This document shows positions 39,172-54,339 of a DNA stretch of 64,000 nt, piece after piece. The translations under genes were made by a program, and so were the position numbers. This DNA is from Eledone cirrhosa (Eukaryota), in assembly GCA_964016885.1 (NCBI GenBank), contig OZ024743.1, positions 56,792,001-56,856,000 on the forward strand, given 5' to 3'. The stretch's first letter is position 1. Each line of letters starts with the position of its first letter. Below the pieces are notes generated by a model. That model ran no database searches. It worked only from the letters and a program-made list of their open reading frames with translations, and was not told the DNA's origin.

Positions 39172-42100
39172 AGCTTCAGCTGGCTTCTACAGCCAAAATC
39201 AGAACATATATGTGAGATATTAGTAACCGATGCAATGGTGTCTATGTAGATAATACACACTGTAAAGTGACAGGAAGGGCATCCAGCCATAGTAAGCTTG
39301 CCAAACAAAGGGTCAGGAGGACTCTTGAGTCATGTCAAGGACATGACTGCCTCCCTAGTGTTGGTGATCTACATGATAAATGCACTCAGTACAGGCTGTG
39401 AGATGGTTGGTGGTGGGAAGGGCATCCAGCCGTAGAAAGCTTGCCAAACAAAGCTTTTGGGAGAACCCTTCAGTTGCGACAAAGACATGGCAACCTCCCC
39501 TGTGCACGACCATACATAAATGAGATGACATATCCCTGGCTTGTCTGGGAGATCAGTACCCACCGCTTTAGTGCTGACTTGGTCTACGTAGACTCATCCA
39601 ACCCTTGCTAGCAAAGAAAGTGGATGTGAAAACAACGATGTTGATAATAGTACTGTTACAGTGGCAGTGTCATCACAAACCAACCCAGTACTTAATCCAA
39701 GCCATGTCTTGCATACATACTTTCTGATTTCGGCATGGTCTCTATAGCTGGATACCCTTCGTATGAACAACCACTTTACAGAATGTACTGGGTGCATTTC
39801 ATCATGGCACCAGGACTAAGGAGGTTGTCATGCCCTTGACATAACTGAAGAGTGGTCATCTGACCTGTTAAAGTATCAGAAAGTGACAACCTGTCCAGCC
39901 CATGCCAGTATGGAAAACAGACATAAAACAATGATGATGATAATAGTATATATAATCCCAAAATATAGCTTTGTTAAGTTTGGTGAAGAAACTGAATATT
40001 ACTTATCCTTCCATAAAACAATGGGTTATGTACTGGTTATTACTGATTAAGGACATCATTAACAAGACAAAACAAGATAAAAAATATGAAAATACTGCTT
40101 GGATAATTCAATAATACTTATAGGAACACTAATTATGGTCTTTTATTTGGTAGGTCAAGAGGAAGGGGCAGTGCTCATAGACTTTACAAGCCCTCCAAGA
40201 CTGAATATATCAGTATTGATTTTCGCTTAACCTTCTCGACTCTGTGTCTGGTACTATGAAACAAAACCACCCAAAACCACTCATTTTAAAGGGTTCCTTT
40301 TCAAATTAAAATTTTCCAAGATTATTTTATATAAGAACTTTTTGCTCCCTATCGAACATCCATAAACTTTGCTGGTCTCACTTGGGGATCAGTTGGAGAC
40401 AGTTGCTTCTGACAGGACCCACTGGAAGGAGCATTTGAGGACTCTGCACCTCACAACCCTCTCAGGAATAAGTGGGTGAAAAAGAAAAAAGAACTTTTTG
40501 AAGTTATGTTATAAATACCATTTTAATAATGAAATAATAATTTTAGTAAATCCCTTGAAAGTCTTCATTAATTAATTGAAATACAGGGCATTTCATTAGA
40601 ACTATGGTTATTAAAGGGTTAAAATATTGTAAGTCAACTTCTTTTGAAAAGAAGGAGTTCCTGAGAGTTGACATTATGAAGAGGAAGCATTGGGTGAAGT
40701 GTTTAGTGCAGAACCCAGAAGTTGGACACAACATGTATAAGACAAGAGGAGTGATTAGGGAGTGTCTGACTGAAGGTGGCATGACACAAGGAAGTTCTAA
40801 CAAGCAGGGATCATGGAAATAGAAGAGGCAGGAGGAGGAGACAAGAAGACTGTAGGCTAGGGATTGGAGAGTGCGGGAGTGAGATTATACTGATTAGCCA
40901 AGTGGTTTTTCTCTGGATGTGTGGTCTAAGTTATCAGTTTGAGCAGTAGCAGCACCACCTCATCTATTTCCTGTTGTTGGTTCAATGTTGCAGCTAACGC
41001 TATGAAGTATGAGGTTTGTTTGTAACCCAGGGTTTATAATATTTACTGTAAAGTGGTAGTTCTGGTGCCACGATAAAAACACAAAAAAAACACCCAGTAC
41101 ACCTTGTAAGGTGGTTGGTGTTTGGAAGGGCATCCAGTTGTAGAAACTATGCCAAATATGGAACATATGAGGAAGTGAGGTCTTCCTGAACTGAATAGCC
41201 TCAGGCCATGTTAGCATGGAAGGTAGACAAAATGATGACAACTTCAATTACAGAAGCGAGTGAATTATGAATGCGAGTGGCTTAGAAGTTAAAGTGTTGG
41301 ACTTATGATCATAATGTTGTGGGTTTGAATCCTAGACCAGAAGACATGTTGTGTTCTTGACCAAAACACTTCATTTCACATTGCTCCAGTACACTCAGTT
41401 GAAAATATGTACCAGCAGTAAATGGGGGTTAACTCTGCAATAAACTGGTGTCCTGTCTTCCTGTCCATGGAGTCTTGTACTCTCAGTTAGTTAATACCAA
41501 TGAAAAACGAAACCAAGGATGAGCTTGATGGCTTGGGATAGACTTTAACTTAACCCTTTTTTAACACTGATGAACACCAAGTCTGTAATACTATAATACA
41601 TACACACCTTTCTCCAATATAAAATTATCAAAACAGATTTGAAATTTATTTTTTTGAAATTTAAAGCTCACACCTATACAGGTTTAGGTGACCTCCTACA
41701 TGGTTTTCCATACCATATTTCTAATGATGATTTTCAAATAATTTTGAAAAGAATAAGAATTTGGAGGTATTTGATATTATCATTTTCTCATTATCAAGTT
41801 GGTATTTGGAACATAGTTTAACAAAGGCTATTGCATAAAATTACGATGGAAGGTATTTAGATAAATATAAGTAACTTAAAACAAACATTTTTCTATCACA
41901 GTACCAAGGGCAGTTGGTATGAAATAGGTTAATGATAGAGGCACCAGTAATATCATTAAAAGCAACATGAAATGAGGCGTCTTGCTCAAGAACACAACAT
42001 ACTGCCTGGTCCAAAAATCAAATCTATGACCTTATGATTGTGAATTCAACCAACACAACCACTAGGTCATCTGTCTTGAAACATTTGCTTGTTGTCCTTA

Positions 42101-43370
42101 TAAATACCAACAAATAATTATGAAGTAGCCATCTTAAATGCCATAAGACTTCAATAAAACTCAGATTAAATATCATGAAAGGCATCTATCTTGGTGCTAC
42201 CAATAATTCTATAGATTTGGAGGCACACGGCTTAGAGCATTGGCCTTGCAATCGAAAGGTTGTGAGTTCAATTCTCAGACCGGGTGATGTGTTGTTTCCT
42301 TGAGCAAGACACTTTATTTCACATTGCTCCAGTTTACTCAGCTGTAGAAATGAGATGATAGGGACTGGGGTCCCTATCATTCCACTGCAAAGTGGTTGTG
42401 TAGGCGCCACGGAAAAAAAGCACCCAGCACTCAATGTAAATGAGGTTGGTGTTAGGAAGGGCATCCAGCTGTAGAAATCAAGCCAGAATCAGTTCCCGTC
42501 CCACCCTTGCAAGCAGGGAAAAAGCGGACGTAAAATGAAATGATGATGATGATGATTTCTGCAAGTTTGGGTGTTATATGAGATAACTATGTATGGCATT
42601 TAAGAAACATGCTCATCAGCTGATGAATTCTTATTAACACTTTTGATACCAAACTGACCCTACTTCTACGATACAAAATTGCAATCATAGGCAGTGTATT
42701 TCATTAGAAATAAGGTAACAAAGAAGGTTAAAGTGTTCATATTTATATTTTAACATGCTTAATAACGAGAAAGTTAGTAATATCACTAAATCCCTTTAAT
42801 TTCTCAATCATTTTCAAAATCAATTGAAAATCATAGGCAGTGCATTTTATTAGAAATATGGTAATGGAAGGGTTAAGAAACAGAAATTAAAATAAAGTAG
42901 CAATAATGCACTGGGGTTGATTTAATTGACTTTCCTCTCCCCTTAAATTGTTGGCTTTGTGCCTAAATCAGAAACCATTGTTTCTAGAGTTGCAATTCAG
43001 TCCTCAAATGAGTATCTCAGGAAGAGGGAGACTAAAAATATTTAAAAAAACAAGTCTAGCCATATGGCTATATTAAATTACAAAATTATGCCCTCAATAT
43101 TAGCCATCTTAGATTGGCTAACAATAAAAAAGTGCATATATGAAATGAAATTTATAGCTCACGCTTAGGCAGGATTAACTGGTTTTATACCAGGTTGAAT
43201 TGCATAGGAGGTTTCTTGGGTCTTTTGATGATAGGGGCCCCAGTCCTATCATGAAAAGCAACTTGAAGTGAAGTGTCTTGGTCAAGAACACATAGTACCA
43301 TCTGGTCCGGGAACTGAACCCTCAAGCTTAGGATTGTGAGTCAAATAATCTAACCACTAGGCCACCTGCC

Positions 43371-43427
<57 letters not shown>

Positions 43428-44093
43428 AAATTATTTGGGGTAGAAGAATGAACAAGGGCAGCAAAAAAAAAAAAGAAAGTAAGAAATTGTGTTAAAAAAT
43501 GTTATCCATTGAAATTATTGGGAGGAGGGGTGAACACGCTTGTCACATACATATTAATAATAATTAAATTAGGATAATTGACAAAGAGAAGACAATGGAA
43601 AACAAGTCAAAGAAAAACAATTCTTGTTTTAAATAAAAAGCAATGGCAAAAAAGATGCACCAAATACACACCATGAAACAGTTGACACTAGGAAGGACAA
43701 CCTGACTATAGAAACCATACCAAAATTAAAACAGATGAACTCCCTTGCCTCAGAGAATTACAACCATGGAAAACAGATGCAAAACAGTGATGATGATGAT
43801 GATGATGAGGAGGAGGAGGAACTGACAGAATGATGGTAAATAAATAGAACAGTGAGCATTATCATTAATTTAACACATTACTCCATAATTAACTGAAATT
43901 AAAGTTTCATATCTTAGCTGGAGAGAATGAGAGTAAGAGGGGACGTCTGATTAAAGTTTCATATTCGAGAGAGAGAGGTTTTCTATAACCCTCCTATTAT
44001 TATTTAGTTTACAATGAGGACAGTATAGGCGGGAAGGGAAGAAGGAAAGTTAGAAGGATGGCTGACTAAATGAAGAAAGTGATAAATAAATAA

Positions 44094-44126
<33 letters not shown>

Positions 44127-44339
44127 AATATTATTCCATCTCAAATAAGGTTCAGAATTAACTATAGGGAAGATCACAGAGTACCTTAGAATAAAGGAAA
44201 CCCATAAGAGTATTTTCCCAGAGGCAAAATTAATTGTTAAGCAAGCTTAATTTGTATTTATAAGCTTCTCTGAATTATGTTCTAAGCGATATTATTCATT
44301 GAGATGTAATGTATATCACTGACTAATAAATATATATAT

Positions 44340-45155
44340 ATCATCATCATTTCACATCTGCTTTTACCTGCTTGCAAGGGTGGGACAGGTCTTCTTCAGC
44401 ACAGCATCTCTCCATTTGTCATGGTCCTTCATCATCTCCTCTGTGAGCTTCAGCTATCTGAGATCAGCTCTCACCACCTCTGCCCATATTTTTTCATGGT
44501 CTTCCTCTACTGCGTTTTCCTTCCACTGGGATTTCTTGGTACTTCTTCACCCAGCGGTCATCAACCATGTGTATCACATGGCCATGCCGATGCAGTCTTC
44601 TTTCCTGCACACTACTGTTTATTCTTCTTATACACAGTTTCACTCTCAACTCGTCCATGCTTGGTTGCTTATGCACATTGACATTGCACATACGTCGGAG
44701 CAAGCTTGCTTCATTTCTCTCTAGCCTTCTCATATCCTCCGCAGTTGCTGCCCATTTCTCACTACGATGCAACATTGCGCATCTCACACAGGCATCATAC
44801 AACTGACCTTTCATTTGCAGGGAGAAACCCTTCGTTGTCAACAGAGGAAACAACTCGCTAAACTTCTTTCATCTTATCCTTATTCTAGAAACTATGGCCT
44901 CGGAGCATCCCCTCCCTTGCTAATTTAACGGAAGCTATCAACCATCTTTATAGATCCTACCTGCATTTGGAAAATGTTCCTATCACTGGCACTTCTACTC
45001 TCAATTTTTCCTGAACATCTACTACATATGAAGTTTTCTTTTCCTGTTAGTTTGCCTGCTATCCTACTACACCTCTTGTGTACCCAAGATCTTCATTGTG
45101 TACATTCGGTAGCGTTTATGCCAACTTTTTTTCTACATATCGAGTATTGGCGATG
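44340..45155 (-). mobile_element. Older RTE LINE fragment; similar at 51360-52170, 59250-59770, 62660-63045
   Basis: PLLTTKGFSLQMKGQLYDACVR...RLERNEASLLR...VQERRL. Confidence 0.9.
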
Positions 45156-45349
45156 AACACAAAAGACAAATATTATTACTATTATATATATGAGAGCTGA
45201 CCTCAAATCGCTGAGACTAAAAAAAAAGATGATGAAGAATGCAGAGAGTGGAGAGATGCTGTCCTAGAAAGGACCCATCCAGCCCATGCAAGCATGGAAA
45301 AATGGATATAAAATCGATGATGATCACTTTATATATATATATATGTGTC

Positions 45350-45386
<37 letters not shown>

Positions 45387-47224
45387 ATATAAGATTGTAT
45401 GAATTAGAACACAGTAGCAATTAAGCATTTTGAAAATAGAAGTAGAAGCTTTCACTGTGTATTGACTACAGAAAATAGTCTAATATTAGGGTATATCTCT
45501 GTATATTTATATATATACTGATGTTACATAGATTAGTGATTAGGGTGTTGGACATAAGGCTGTTGTGTTCTTGAGCAAGATGCTTGATTTCAGGTTGCTT
45601 TTCATGATGAGACTGGGGCCCCCTATCATTAAAACTACCAAGATACCTATGATATGCAACCTCGTAGGAGACCAGCTAAACCTACAATGCTGTGAGTTGC
45701 AACAGCAAGCACACACATATATATATAAAAAGTGAAATAGAGAGATATGAAACATTAATCTAAACAGTGAGAAGTTAATCCAAATGGATGATCTCTAACA
45801 TAAACCATTATCTCATTATAGGATAAAAATCACAATATTTCTAATTAAATATTAAAATGATTTGAATTGTTGATGTCAAAGATATAAAAGAATGAGGCAT
45901 GCATGTTTCATTGGATGTGTATGGCCTGTGTACAAATGAACTGAAAGAAAAGCTGAGTGTAAGAGGAATTAAATGCAGTGTACAAGAGAGATGAAGATAG
46001 AGCTGGTATGGGTATGTGATGCATAAAGAGAGTTAATTAAAGTCTGTTTTAAACTGAAGGCTCATCTGACTGGTTCTTATCCTGGTTTCCTTGGCTCAAA
46101 GCGACTGAGAGTATAAAACTTTACCTGGACAGAATGGTACAATATCGCAGGATTAACTCCCAGCTACTGCTGGTACTCATTCTCAGCTGAGTGTACTGGA
46201 GCCTACATGAAATAAAGTGTTTTATTCAAGAACACAACACAACACCCTGTCCAGGAATTGAACCAACAACATTATGATCGTACATATAAAGACAGTGGGA
46301 GCTGTATAAAATGTGTTGAGTATTTGTAGTTGGCAACAAAGGGGGATTTTGGAAAAGTCATGAAGAACAACTTCAAAAAGCTGAACCTTACAAAGGAGAT
46401 AACAAAGGACTGAGCTGACTGGTGATTGGCCATAATACAACAGACTCATTCACCAAAATAATTATTGCAACACTAAAAATAAATGTGGTGAGAGACCAGA
46501 GGCTACAGTATTTAGCAATCAAACAAAATCAATGTAGGGTTTGAGAAAACTCTTCTATCTAGCCTAGCATTTGACAACCTCTCCAGTGCTGGTACCACTT
46601 CAAAATGCACCCAGTACACCCTATAAAGTGTTAGTGTCCTGAAAAATGTACCCAACTGTAGAAACCAAGTTAAATATAGAATGCAATGGGCAGATTGATC
46701 ACTTCGACCTCTCTGGCCTTACGCCATGAAAGCTCGTCCAACCCATACCAGCACAGAAAGCAGATGTAAAATGATGAAGATGATGAGGATGATGACAATA
46801 TGTGATATTTGTTAATCCACTTGTGTCAACGGCACACCAACTTCTCTAGTGTTAAATGCACTCAGTAAAGTGGTTGATGATAGGAAGGGCATCCAGCCAT
46901 AGAAAACTTCCCAAACAAAAGAGTCACAGCTGTGTCAAAGTCATGACAACCTCCCTAGTGCTGGTACCATGATAAAATGCAGTAGAGCACAGGATTGTAT
47001 GTAAGTGAAATGTAGGTTAACAACCTGTGTGAGCACTCAGTAGAGTGTGGAAACGTATCTAAGTAAGATACAACCCCTTCCCCCCCAGCCGATTTGAGAG
47101 GTCAGTTGCTTCACTTGAATACTGGCACAGTCTGTTGACAACATGCCCAACCCTTTCTAGCAAGGAAAGCAGACAGTGTGATAACAGTGTTATATATACA
47201 TGTTAAGCATGTTATATTGATATA

Positions 47225-47400
47225 TACTGTACATGCTAATAAATACATGGTAATCCACCTGATATAAATTTCCTACCTATCAAATTTTACTCACAAACTC
47301 AAGGCTATAGGAGAAGACACTTGCCCAAGGCCAGTCACAGAGAGGCCAAACCCAAAAGCACAGAGTGGCAGAGTGAACTTCTTAACCGCATAGCTACACC
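47225..47400 (-). mobile_element. Third tRNA-derived SINE family; second copy 50236-50390
   Basis: Shared ctaycaaatttyactca...ctat...aagac(ac)ttgcc(c)aag...cac(a)g...aaacc...cttaacc. Confidence 0.7.
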
Positions 47401-49283
47401 TCTCTAAATTCTAAAGTCTGTCTCAAGCCAGAAGGCTCATTAGGCTGGTGTTTATCCCGGTTTCATGTCATGAAGTGACTGAGAGTACACAACTTCCCCT
47501 GGACAGGATGCTAGTCCATCACAGGGTTAAACCCCCAGCTGTTGCTGGTACTAATTTTCAGCTGAGCATACTGGAGCAATGTGAAATAAAGTGTTTTGCT
47601 CAAGAACACAACACACAATCCAGCCCAGGAATCAAACCCATAACATTATAATCGTTAGCCTAAGATCCTTGCTACTAGGCAACGCACCTCCATACACACA
47701 GCTATACATGAATCCTATAAAATAATTTTTCAAAATGACTGCTTTTCCTTACTTTTCTACAGGGCTAACAGAATGACACTGATAATCACTAACATTGGTT
47801 TATTTAAGTAGCTCTCCCTCTCTCTCACATATCATCACCATCACCGTTTAACGTCAATTTTCCCACATTAGCACGGGTTAGACGAATTGTCCTGTTGTGT
47901 GCCAAGTCAGAGCAGGTGATCATGTCTTGCTCATACAGATCTGTTTCTGGTTTGGTTTCCATCGCTGGATGCCCTTCCAAACACCAACCACATTTACAGC
48001 ACGAACTGGGTGCTTTTTATTGTGGCACCAAAATGACCAACTGACAGGTTAGACTGGGTACCTTTTCATCATGACACCAGCACAACCACCTTACAGTGTG
48101 ATCCGGGTGCTTTTTGTTGTCACCAACACAACTACTTTATGGTGTGGACTGGATGCTTTTTGTTGTGTCACCAACACGACCACTTTACTATGATTGTAAG
48201 CTGAAAACTCTAAACATTAAGTCACAAGCTCTCACATAAAACACACACATACATAGTGACCACCTGGAACAGTATATATATTTTAATGACAATCAATAAA
48301 ACAGATGTGTTTTCTCAATTTGTATTCATTCCTTCCCTCAGAGAAAAGACATTCAAATGTTGTGTATCTCTACATTAATCAGGATAATGGCCCTCAATCA
48401 TTATGCTATCAATTCTTTATTAAATAATGAACTGGTGCTATGAAAAATGGCTCTGGTTAAGTACTGTCATGGTCTGTGACAACCTATGCAACTCTTGCTA
48501 ACAGGGAAAAATGGATGTTAAACAATAATGATGATAATGGTGAATATAATTATCATTATTTAATGCAACTTTCCATACTGGCATGGGTTGGAGAGGTTGT
48601 TATAATCAAATTAGGACTTAATGGTAGCACCAGTTTCCTCCTGGGGAGCTGGGGACTACATCTTGCTTACATAAATTCCAGTCTGAACATGGTTTCTACA
48701 ACTGGATTCCCTTCCTAACTCTAATATAAAAAGGACAAAACAAACAATTTAAAAAAGGTTAATCATGTGGGTCCCATTCTAAACTAGATACACTATATAC
48801 TCTTGGGTTCCAAATAATATGGGACATTGGAATAAGTTGGGGGCGGAGGTGGAAAATTGGTAATTTTACTAGGTTGTCTTCATTGATTTTTTTAAAAACC
48901 AGAATTAGTCGTTTAGTTTACATAGAGACGCCAATCCATCCTATTTATTTTATAACGTATGGGATTTCTTGTAATGTACTTTTTTTGTCATGTATAAAGA
49001 AAATTAATTGTTGCAGGAATGCTATCATTTAAAATAAAATTTCGCCAGAGATAGATTAGCAAAATATAATAAGCAATGGGGGATGATTATTTGAGACCAG
49101 AGTGTGTATATATGTGTGTGTATGCTAGCGTGGAAGATAGAAGTTAGATGATGATGATATATATATATATATATATAAAATACGTAGTTTAGAAAGCCAT
49201 ATATATATATATATATATATCAGATAGAGTGTGGTAAAAACCAGGTAGACCAACCCACCAGAATACTCGATACTTGGGGCAGT

Positions 49284-49415
49284 AGAGTGGGTAATATGAA
49301 AAGATTCAGGACCCCAACGGCTGAGCTCCAGACGTTTTGACAGCTAGATCCAAACTCGGATCTAGCTGTCAAAACGGCCAAAGCTCAGCTGTCAGGGTCC
49401 TGAATCTTTTCATAT
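49284..49415. repeat. Imperfect palindrome, about 130 bp, probably a Penelope-like fold-back
   Basis: atatgaaaagattcaggaccc...cgttttgacagctagatcc aaactc ggatctagctgtcaaaacg...gggtcctgaatcttttcatat. Confidence 0.8.
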
Positions 49416-52400
49416 ATATATATCGTCATCATTTAATGTCTGCTTTCCCTGCTAGCAATAGTTGGACAGGTCTATATGAAGCAAGTCAGTACTGATGTGG
49501 GATTACTAACCTCCCAGATAGGTCGAGGGATCTGCACTCTGCCTATGGATGGTCATATTGAGTGCAGAGTTGTCTTTTGTTACAAACTGAAGAGTCCTTC
49601 CAACTCCTTGTTTGGCAAGCTTTCTACAGCCAGAGGCTTTACGTATCACCAACCACTTTACAGCGTGTACTGAGTATATTTAACGAGTAGATCACCAACA
49701 CTAGCGAGGTTGTTATGTCTTTTAGGCATGGTTTCTACAGCAGGGTACCCTTCCCTTACGGAGTGTACCAGGTGCATTTTTGTAGCGGCACCACTAGAGA
49801 GGTTGTTGGTCATAGACCCAACTGTAGAGCCCTCTCTGTTCTGTGGAAGGGACAAAGGTATGAAGTTATAGGTGTATCTAGGGATTTGACAGGACAATGA
49901 GTAATGGGTAGAGGTGGCTGATTAATGTATGGGGAGAGGGGAGATAAAGTGGTGTGAGGGATGTGGTCAATAGGATGGGAAGCATGATGGTGAGATAAGA
50001 GGGTAAGGTGTAGGGATAACTGATTAGTGTATGGGGCGAGAGAATGTAGTGGTGTGGGGTGTGTGATGGAAGGATAGGTAAGGGTAGTGGGGGATGAACA
50101 AAGGATAGAGAGAGTAGCTACTAGAGTCCAATGGAGAGGATATCTAAGGGCTTGTGGGTGGGGGTATGGGTAGTTAATGAGTGGTTCTAGAGGGAGCATG
50201 GGTGGTGGGTGCAGTAGTGATGAGGATAGGTCTATCCAAAGGGCTTCTATACAGTTAACATCTACCAAATTTCACTCAAAAGCTTAGATCTATCTTAAAC
50301 TATGGTAAAGAGACTTGCCAAGATATCACACAGTGTAATCAAACCTGAGACCTTATGATTGCAAAGCAAACTCTAACCATTCAGCTATGTTGTATCCAAT
50401 ATACTTTTAAAACACCCTAACTACACACAATACACTTGAAAATAGAGTTTATTGGAAATTATATGCTTTGAACATGTAAACATAATAAAGATTATTTCTG
50501 TGTTTTCTGCTGAAGTGTGTTAACACCCAAGGGAAAATATGGTTATTGTGTTGGATATATAACTTCAAGAATTCAATGATAAGAACTCTTTTCATTTTTA
50601 AGGCAGATTAAATGCCCCAGTATTTATTCCGGCACACTGCACACCAAGTTCAAATCTGCCTCCTGCAAGGAGTTGTGACCAGCAGTGGAAAACCAATGGA
50701 AATATTATTTATTCAGTTCAATCTGACAATCAGCTCCTTTCAGTTTTTTTTTGTTCATTTTTACTTGAGGGAATTAATATTCCTTCAACATGACATGTCA
50801 AATCCTCACTATATTTCAGTTGAAAGTTTATTGACTCAAAATAAACATACACACACGTCAGCTGATTTTATGATTTATTTCCCGGGGGAAGAGGGTGAAA
50901 TTACTGACACACATTTATTGATTGTTTAACATTTGGAATTGTCATTACTCACAACCCAATTACCAATAAATATACCTCTACTATGTGCACTGTGTAATAT
51001 ACTATTTCTACCCTTCTTTACAGATTCTCTAGCATTGTTCACTATATATATATATATATACACACACACACATCCTTATATGTATACACTGCCGGGCTTA
51101 CATGTAATGCATTCATTATCATCGTAATTATTTAAAAACCATTTTGAATGGCTCTTCACTGACCAAGTCAGAACTCATGTGGAGTTACTGCCCTCTCTCT
51201 CAGATGAGCTGGGAGTCAACATCTCACATACAACCTCATGTTCTAGCTAGATGCCCTTCCTATTATCAACTACTTTACAGAGTATTTATTGAGAAGATCA
51301 CCGACACGAGGGAAGTTGTCATGCCTGCTACACAACTGAAGGGTCCTCTTGAATTATATCATCATCATCATAATTTTTACGTCTGCTTTTCCATGCTTGC
51401 ATGGGTTGGATGGGTCCTCAGCACAGCATCTCTCCATGTTCCTTCGTCATCTCCTATGTGAATCTCAGCGATTTGAGGTCAACTTTCCCCAGGTCTTTCT
51501 TGGTTTACCTCAACTGTAGCTTCCTTTCACTGGAATTTCCTGGCACTTCTTCACCCAACAATCATCACATGTTCGTACCAATGCAGTCTTCTCTCCTGCA
51601 CACCACCTCGGATTCCTCTTAAATTCAGCTTCTCCCTCAGCTCGTCTAAGCTCTGCCTTTCTCTCGCACTTACATTGCACATCCAACAAAGCACAGTTGC
51701 TTCATTTCTCTTCAGTCTAGGCATGTCCTCTGTGGTCATAGCCCATGTTTCACTACCATGCACCATCGCACTTTGCACAAAGGCTTCATATAGTCAACCT
51801 TTTGTACATAGGGAGAAACCTTTTGTAGCCAACAGTGAGTGAAGCTCTCTAAACGTTTTCCCTCCTATCCTTATTCTAGTTATTATGCTCTCCTCTTCTG
51901 CTGCTAATTAAGTCACCTAGATAGAAAAGGCTATGAATCACTTCTATGGACACTTCCTGTGACTTGAAAAAGGTTATAGTACTGGCGCTCTTCCCCTTGA
52001 TTACCCTGTGCATCTACATACAAAGTCATCCTTTCCTGTTTGTCTACCTGTTATCCCACTACATCTTGTGGAGTTTACGCTTACTCCTTTTCTACATATT
52101 GAACAGGATCCTATCTTCTTTCCTACTTAGTAGCATTTTAGTTTTGGTTAAGTTTACTCTCAGACACTATGATTCCAAATTTTGTCATCATGTGTGTGTA
52201 TATATATATATATATGTGTGTGTATATAATATCAAACGTTTTAAAGCTATTACTCTCTGCTGAAACAACAATTAGCTTCGTGGAGGGCCCCCATGTAAAA
52301 AAACAGGGTCCGTTTTGTAACAATGTTTTACGACCAGATGCCCTTGCTGGTGCCAATTCATTTAGTCACACACAGCATATATATACATGCACATATATAT

Positions 52401-53284
52401 TTGCTGTGTATCTGGTTCAGATTAGGTACACTATATCCTTTCTTGTATTTATTCTAAACCCGATACATGCAGTATATATATGTGTATACACACACACACA
52501 TATATATATATATATATCATTGTCATCATCACAGTTTAATGTCTATTTTCCTTGTTTGCATGGGTTAGAGAGGTCAGGTGACCAAGTCTTGCTCATACAT
52601 TTTATTTTCGGTTGGTTTTCTATGGCTGGATGCCCTTCCTAAGGCCAACCACTTTACAGCATGTACTCGGAGCATTTTACATGGAACCAGCAGTAGCTAG
52701 CTGTCTTAGAGGAGTAGAACAACAACAATAACAACCTCATTGATAGATCGATATTTGGAGGAACAAAATAACTTATGTTAATGTATAGGATTAACAGTTC
52801 ATGGATAATCATTTGAAATCCACTGTAGGTATGTTTCCTTGGGGGGCATCACACTTTATTCTACATGCCACAGCTTATTTGGAGAATATGGGGAATAAGT
52901 AGCAAAACGTCTGAGATATGTAACCAGATTTAAATATCTTAGGTGTTTTATTTTTTAACCTACTTAATATTTACCTGAGCATTGAACTTCACCTTACAAT
53001 GAAGTAGCCTCTACGTGGTAATATCTGTTAGCAATTATACACACGCACACATATATATGGATGTATATATAGCGCGATGCTAACAGGTGTAAACAATTGA
53101 TTTCTTACAGAGGTAAGAGGCTTTAGAACTTTATAGGAGAGAAGTGAGTGTGTGATGTTGTGATGTTAATGTCTTTCTCAATGACTATAAATGTAATACC
53201 AGTAATGGCATAAGAAAATGAAATATAATTTTATTGGCGAAACAGATATATATACACCTGTCTAAATGACCAGCTGACACATGC

Positions 53285-53292
53285 TGACGTCA
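53285..53292. promoter_or_regulatory. Full CRE/ATF palindrome TGACGTCA in putative ICA69 intron 1
   Basis: Exact motif match only; function not shown. Confidence 0.3.
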
Positions 53293-54244
53293 TCAGCAAT
53301 ATCGTGTAAAACTCACCGAAACGTGTAATAATGTTTCTATTTTTGGCACAAGGCCAGCAATTACACCAGTGCATTACTGGTACTTTATTTTATCGACCCT
53401 GTAAGGATAAAAGGCAAAGTTAACCTCGGCGGGATTTGAACTCAGAACGTAAAGGTGGTTTCTAATTTAGGCACAAGGCCAGTATATTAAGGGAAGTGAA
53501 AAGTCGATATCGATCCCAGTATTTGATGGATACTTTATTTTATCGACCAAGGAAGAATGAATGGCGAAGTGGACTCCGGCATGATTTGAACATATAGAGG
53601 CGGAAAAAATATTGCAATGTATTTTGTCTGATGTTCTAAATAATAGTTTTTAACACAAAACCAGAAAGGTTAGTCAATGAAACTGACCCTCTCCTTCAAC
53701 CAGAACATGACTGGTACTTTATTTAACACCCCGGAAGGATAGTAGTTAAAGTTGGCTCCGAGGGATTTGAACTCAGAACGAAAGAAAGGACCGTAAATAA
53801 ATATAGAAAAAAAAATAGCATTCTGCCCACCAATCTTACGTTCGAATAATTATTTTAGGAAAACAAATGTAAAGTGAAGGTGTTTATACCCTACCCGGAT
53901 GTATTATTTGGTGCTTCAGTGTGTCGAGTTAAACAGTAGTAGTAAGTGACTATTAATGGGCATGAGACCTGACTTTGGGACAACTCTGGGTTTAATACAA
54001 GACATACACAAACTATGCACGATAGAGTGAATATATGCTATGCAATGTAAATAAAATAATACCAACTGGGATTCGAAAACTAAGTACCTATACTTGCTGC
54101 TGACTTAATCTCAACAGCATAGATAGTTAGATATATGTATGTGTGTGTGTACACACACGCACAACTGTATCTGGCTGTTGAGGTTAAGCGCCTGTACCTG
54201 CTGGGGACTTAACCCCAATAGCACAAAAAAAAAAAAAAAATAGT

Positions 54245-54278
<34 letters not shown>

Positions 54279-54339
54279 ACCTCAACAGCACAGATAGTTG
54301 TGTGTGTGTATATATATATATATATACATACACACACAC

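Noticed and set aside
52975-53024. Extra ICA69 5' UTR exon (aacag|...CAG|gtaaat); also a donor-like site at 53316
   Set aside because: Poor pyrimidine tract, overlaps repeat-like sequence, no independent support.
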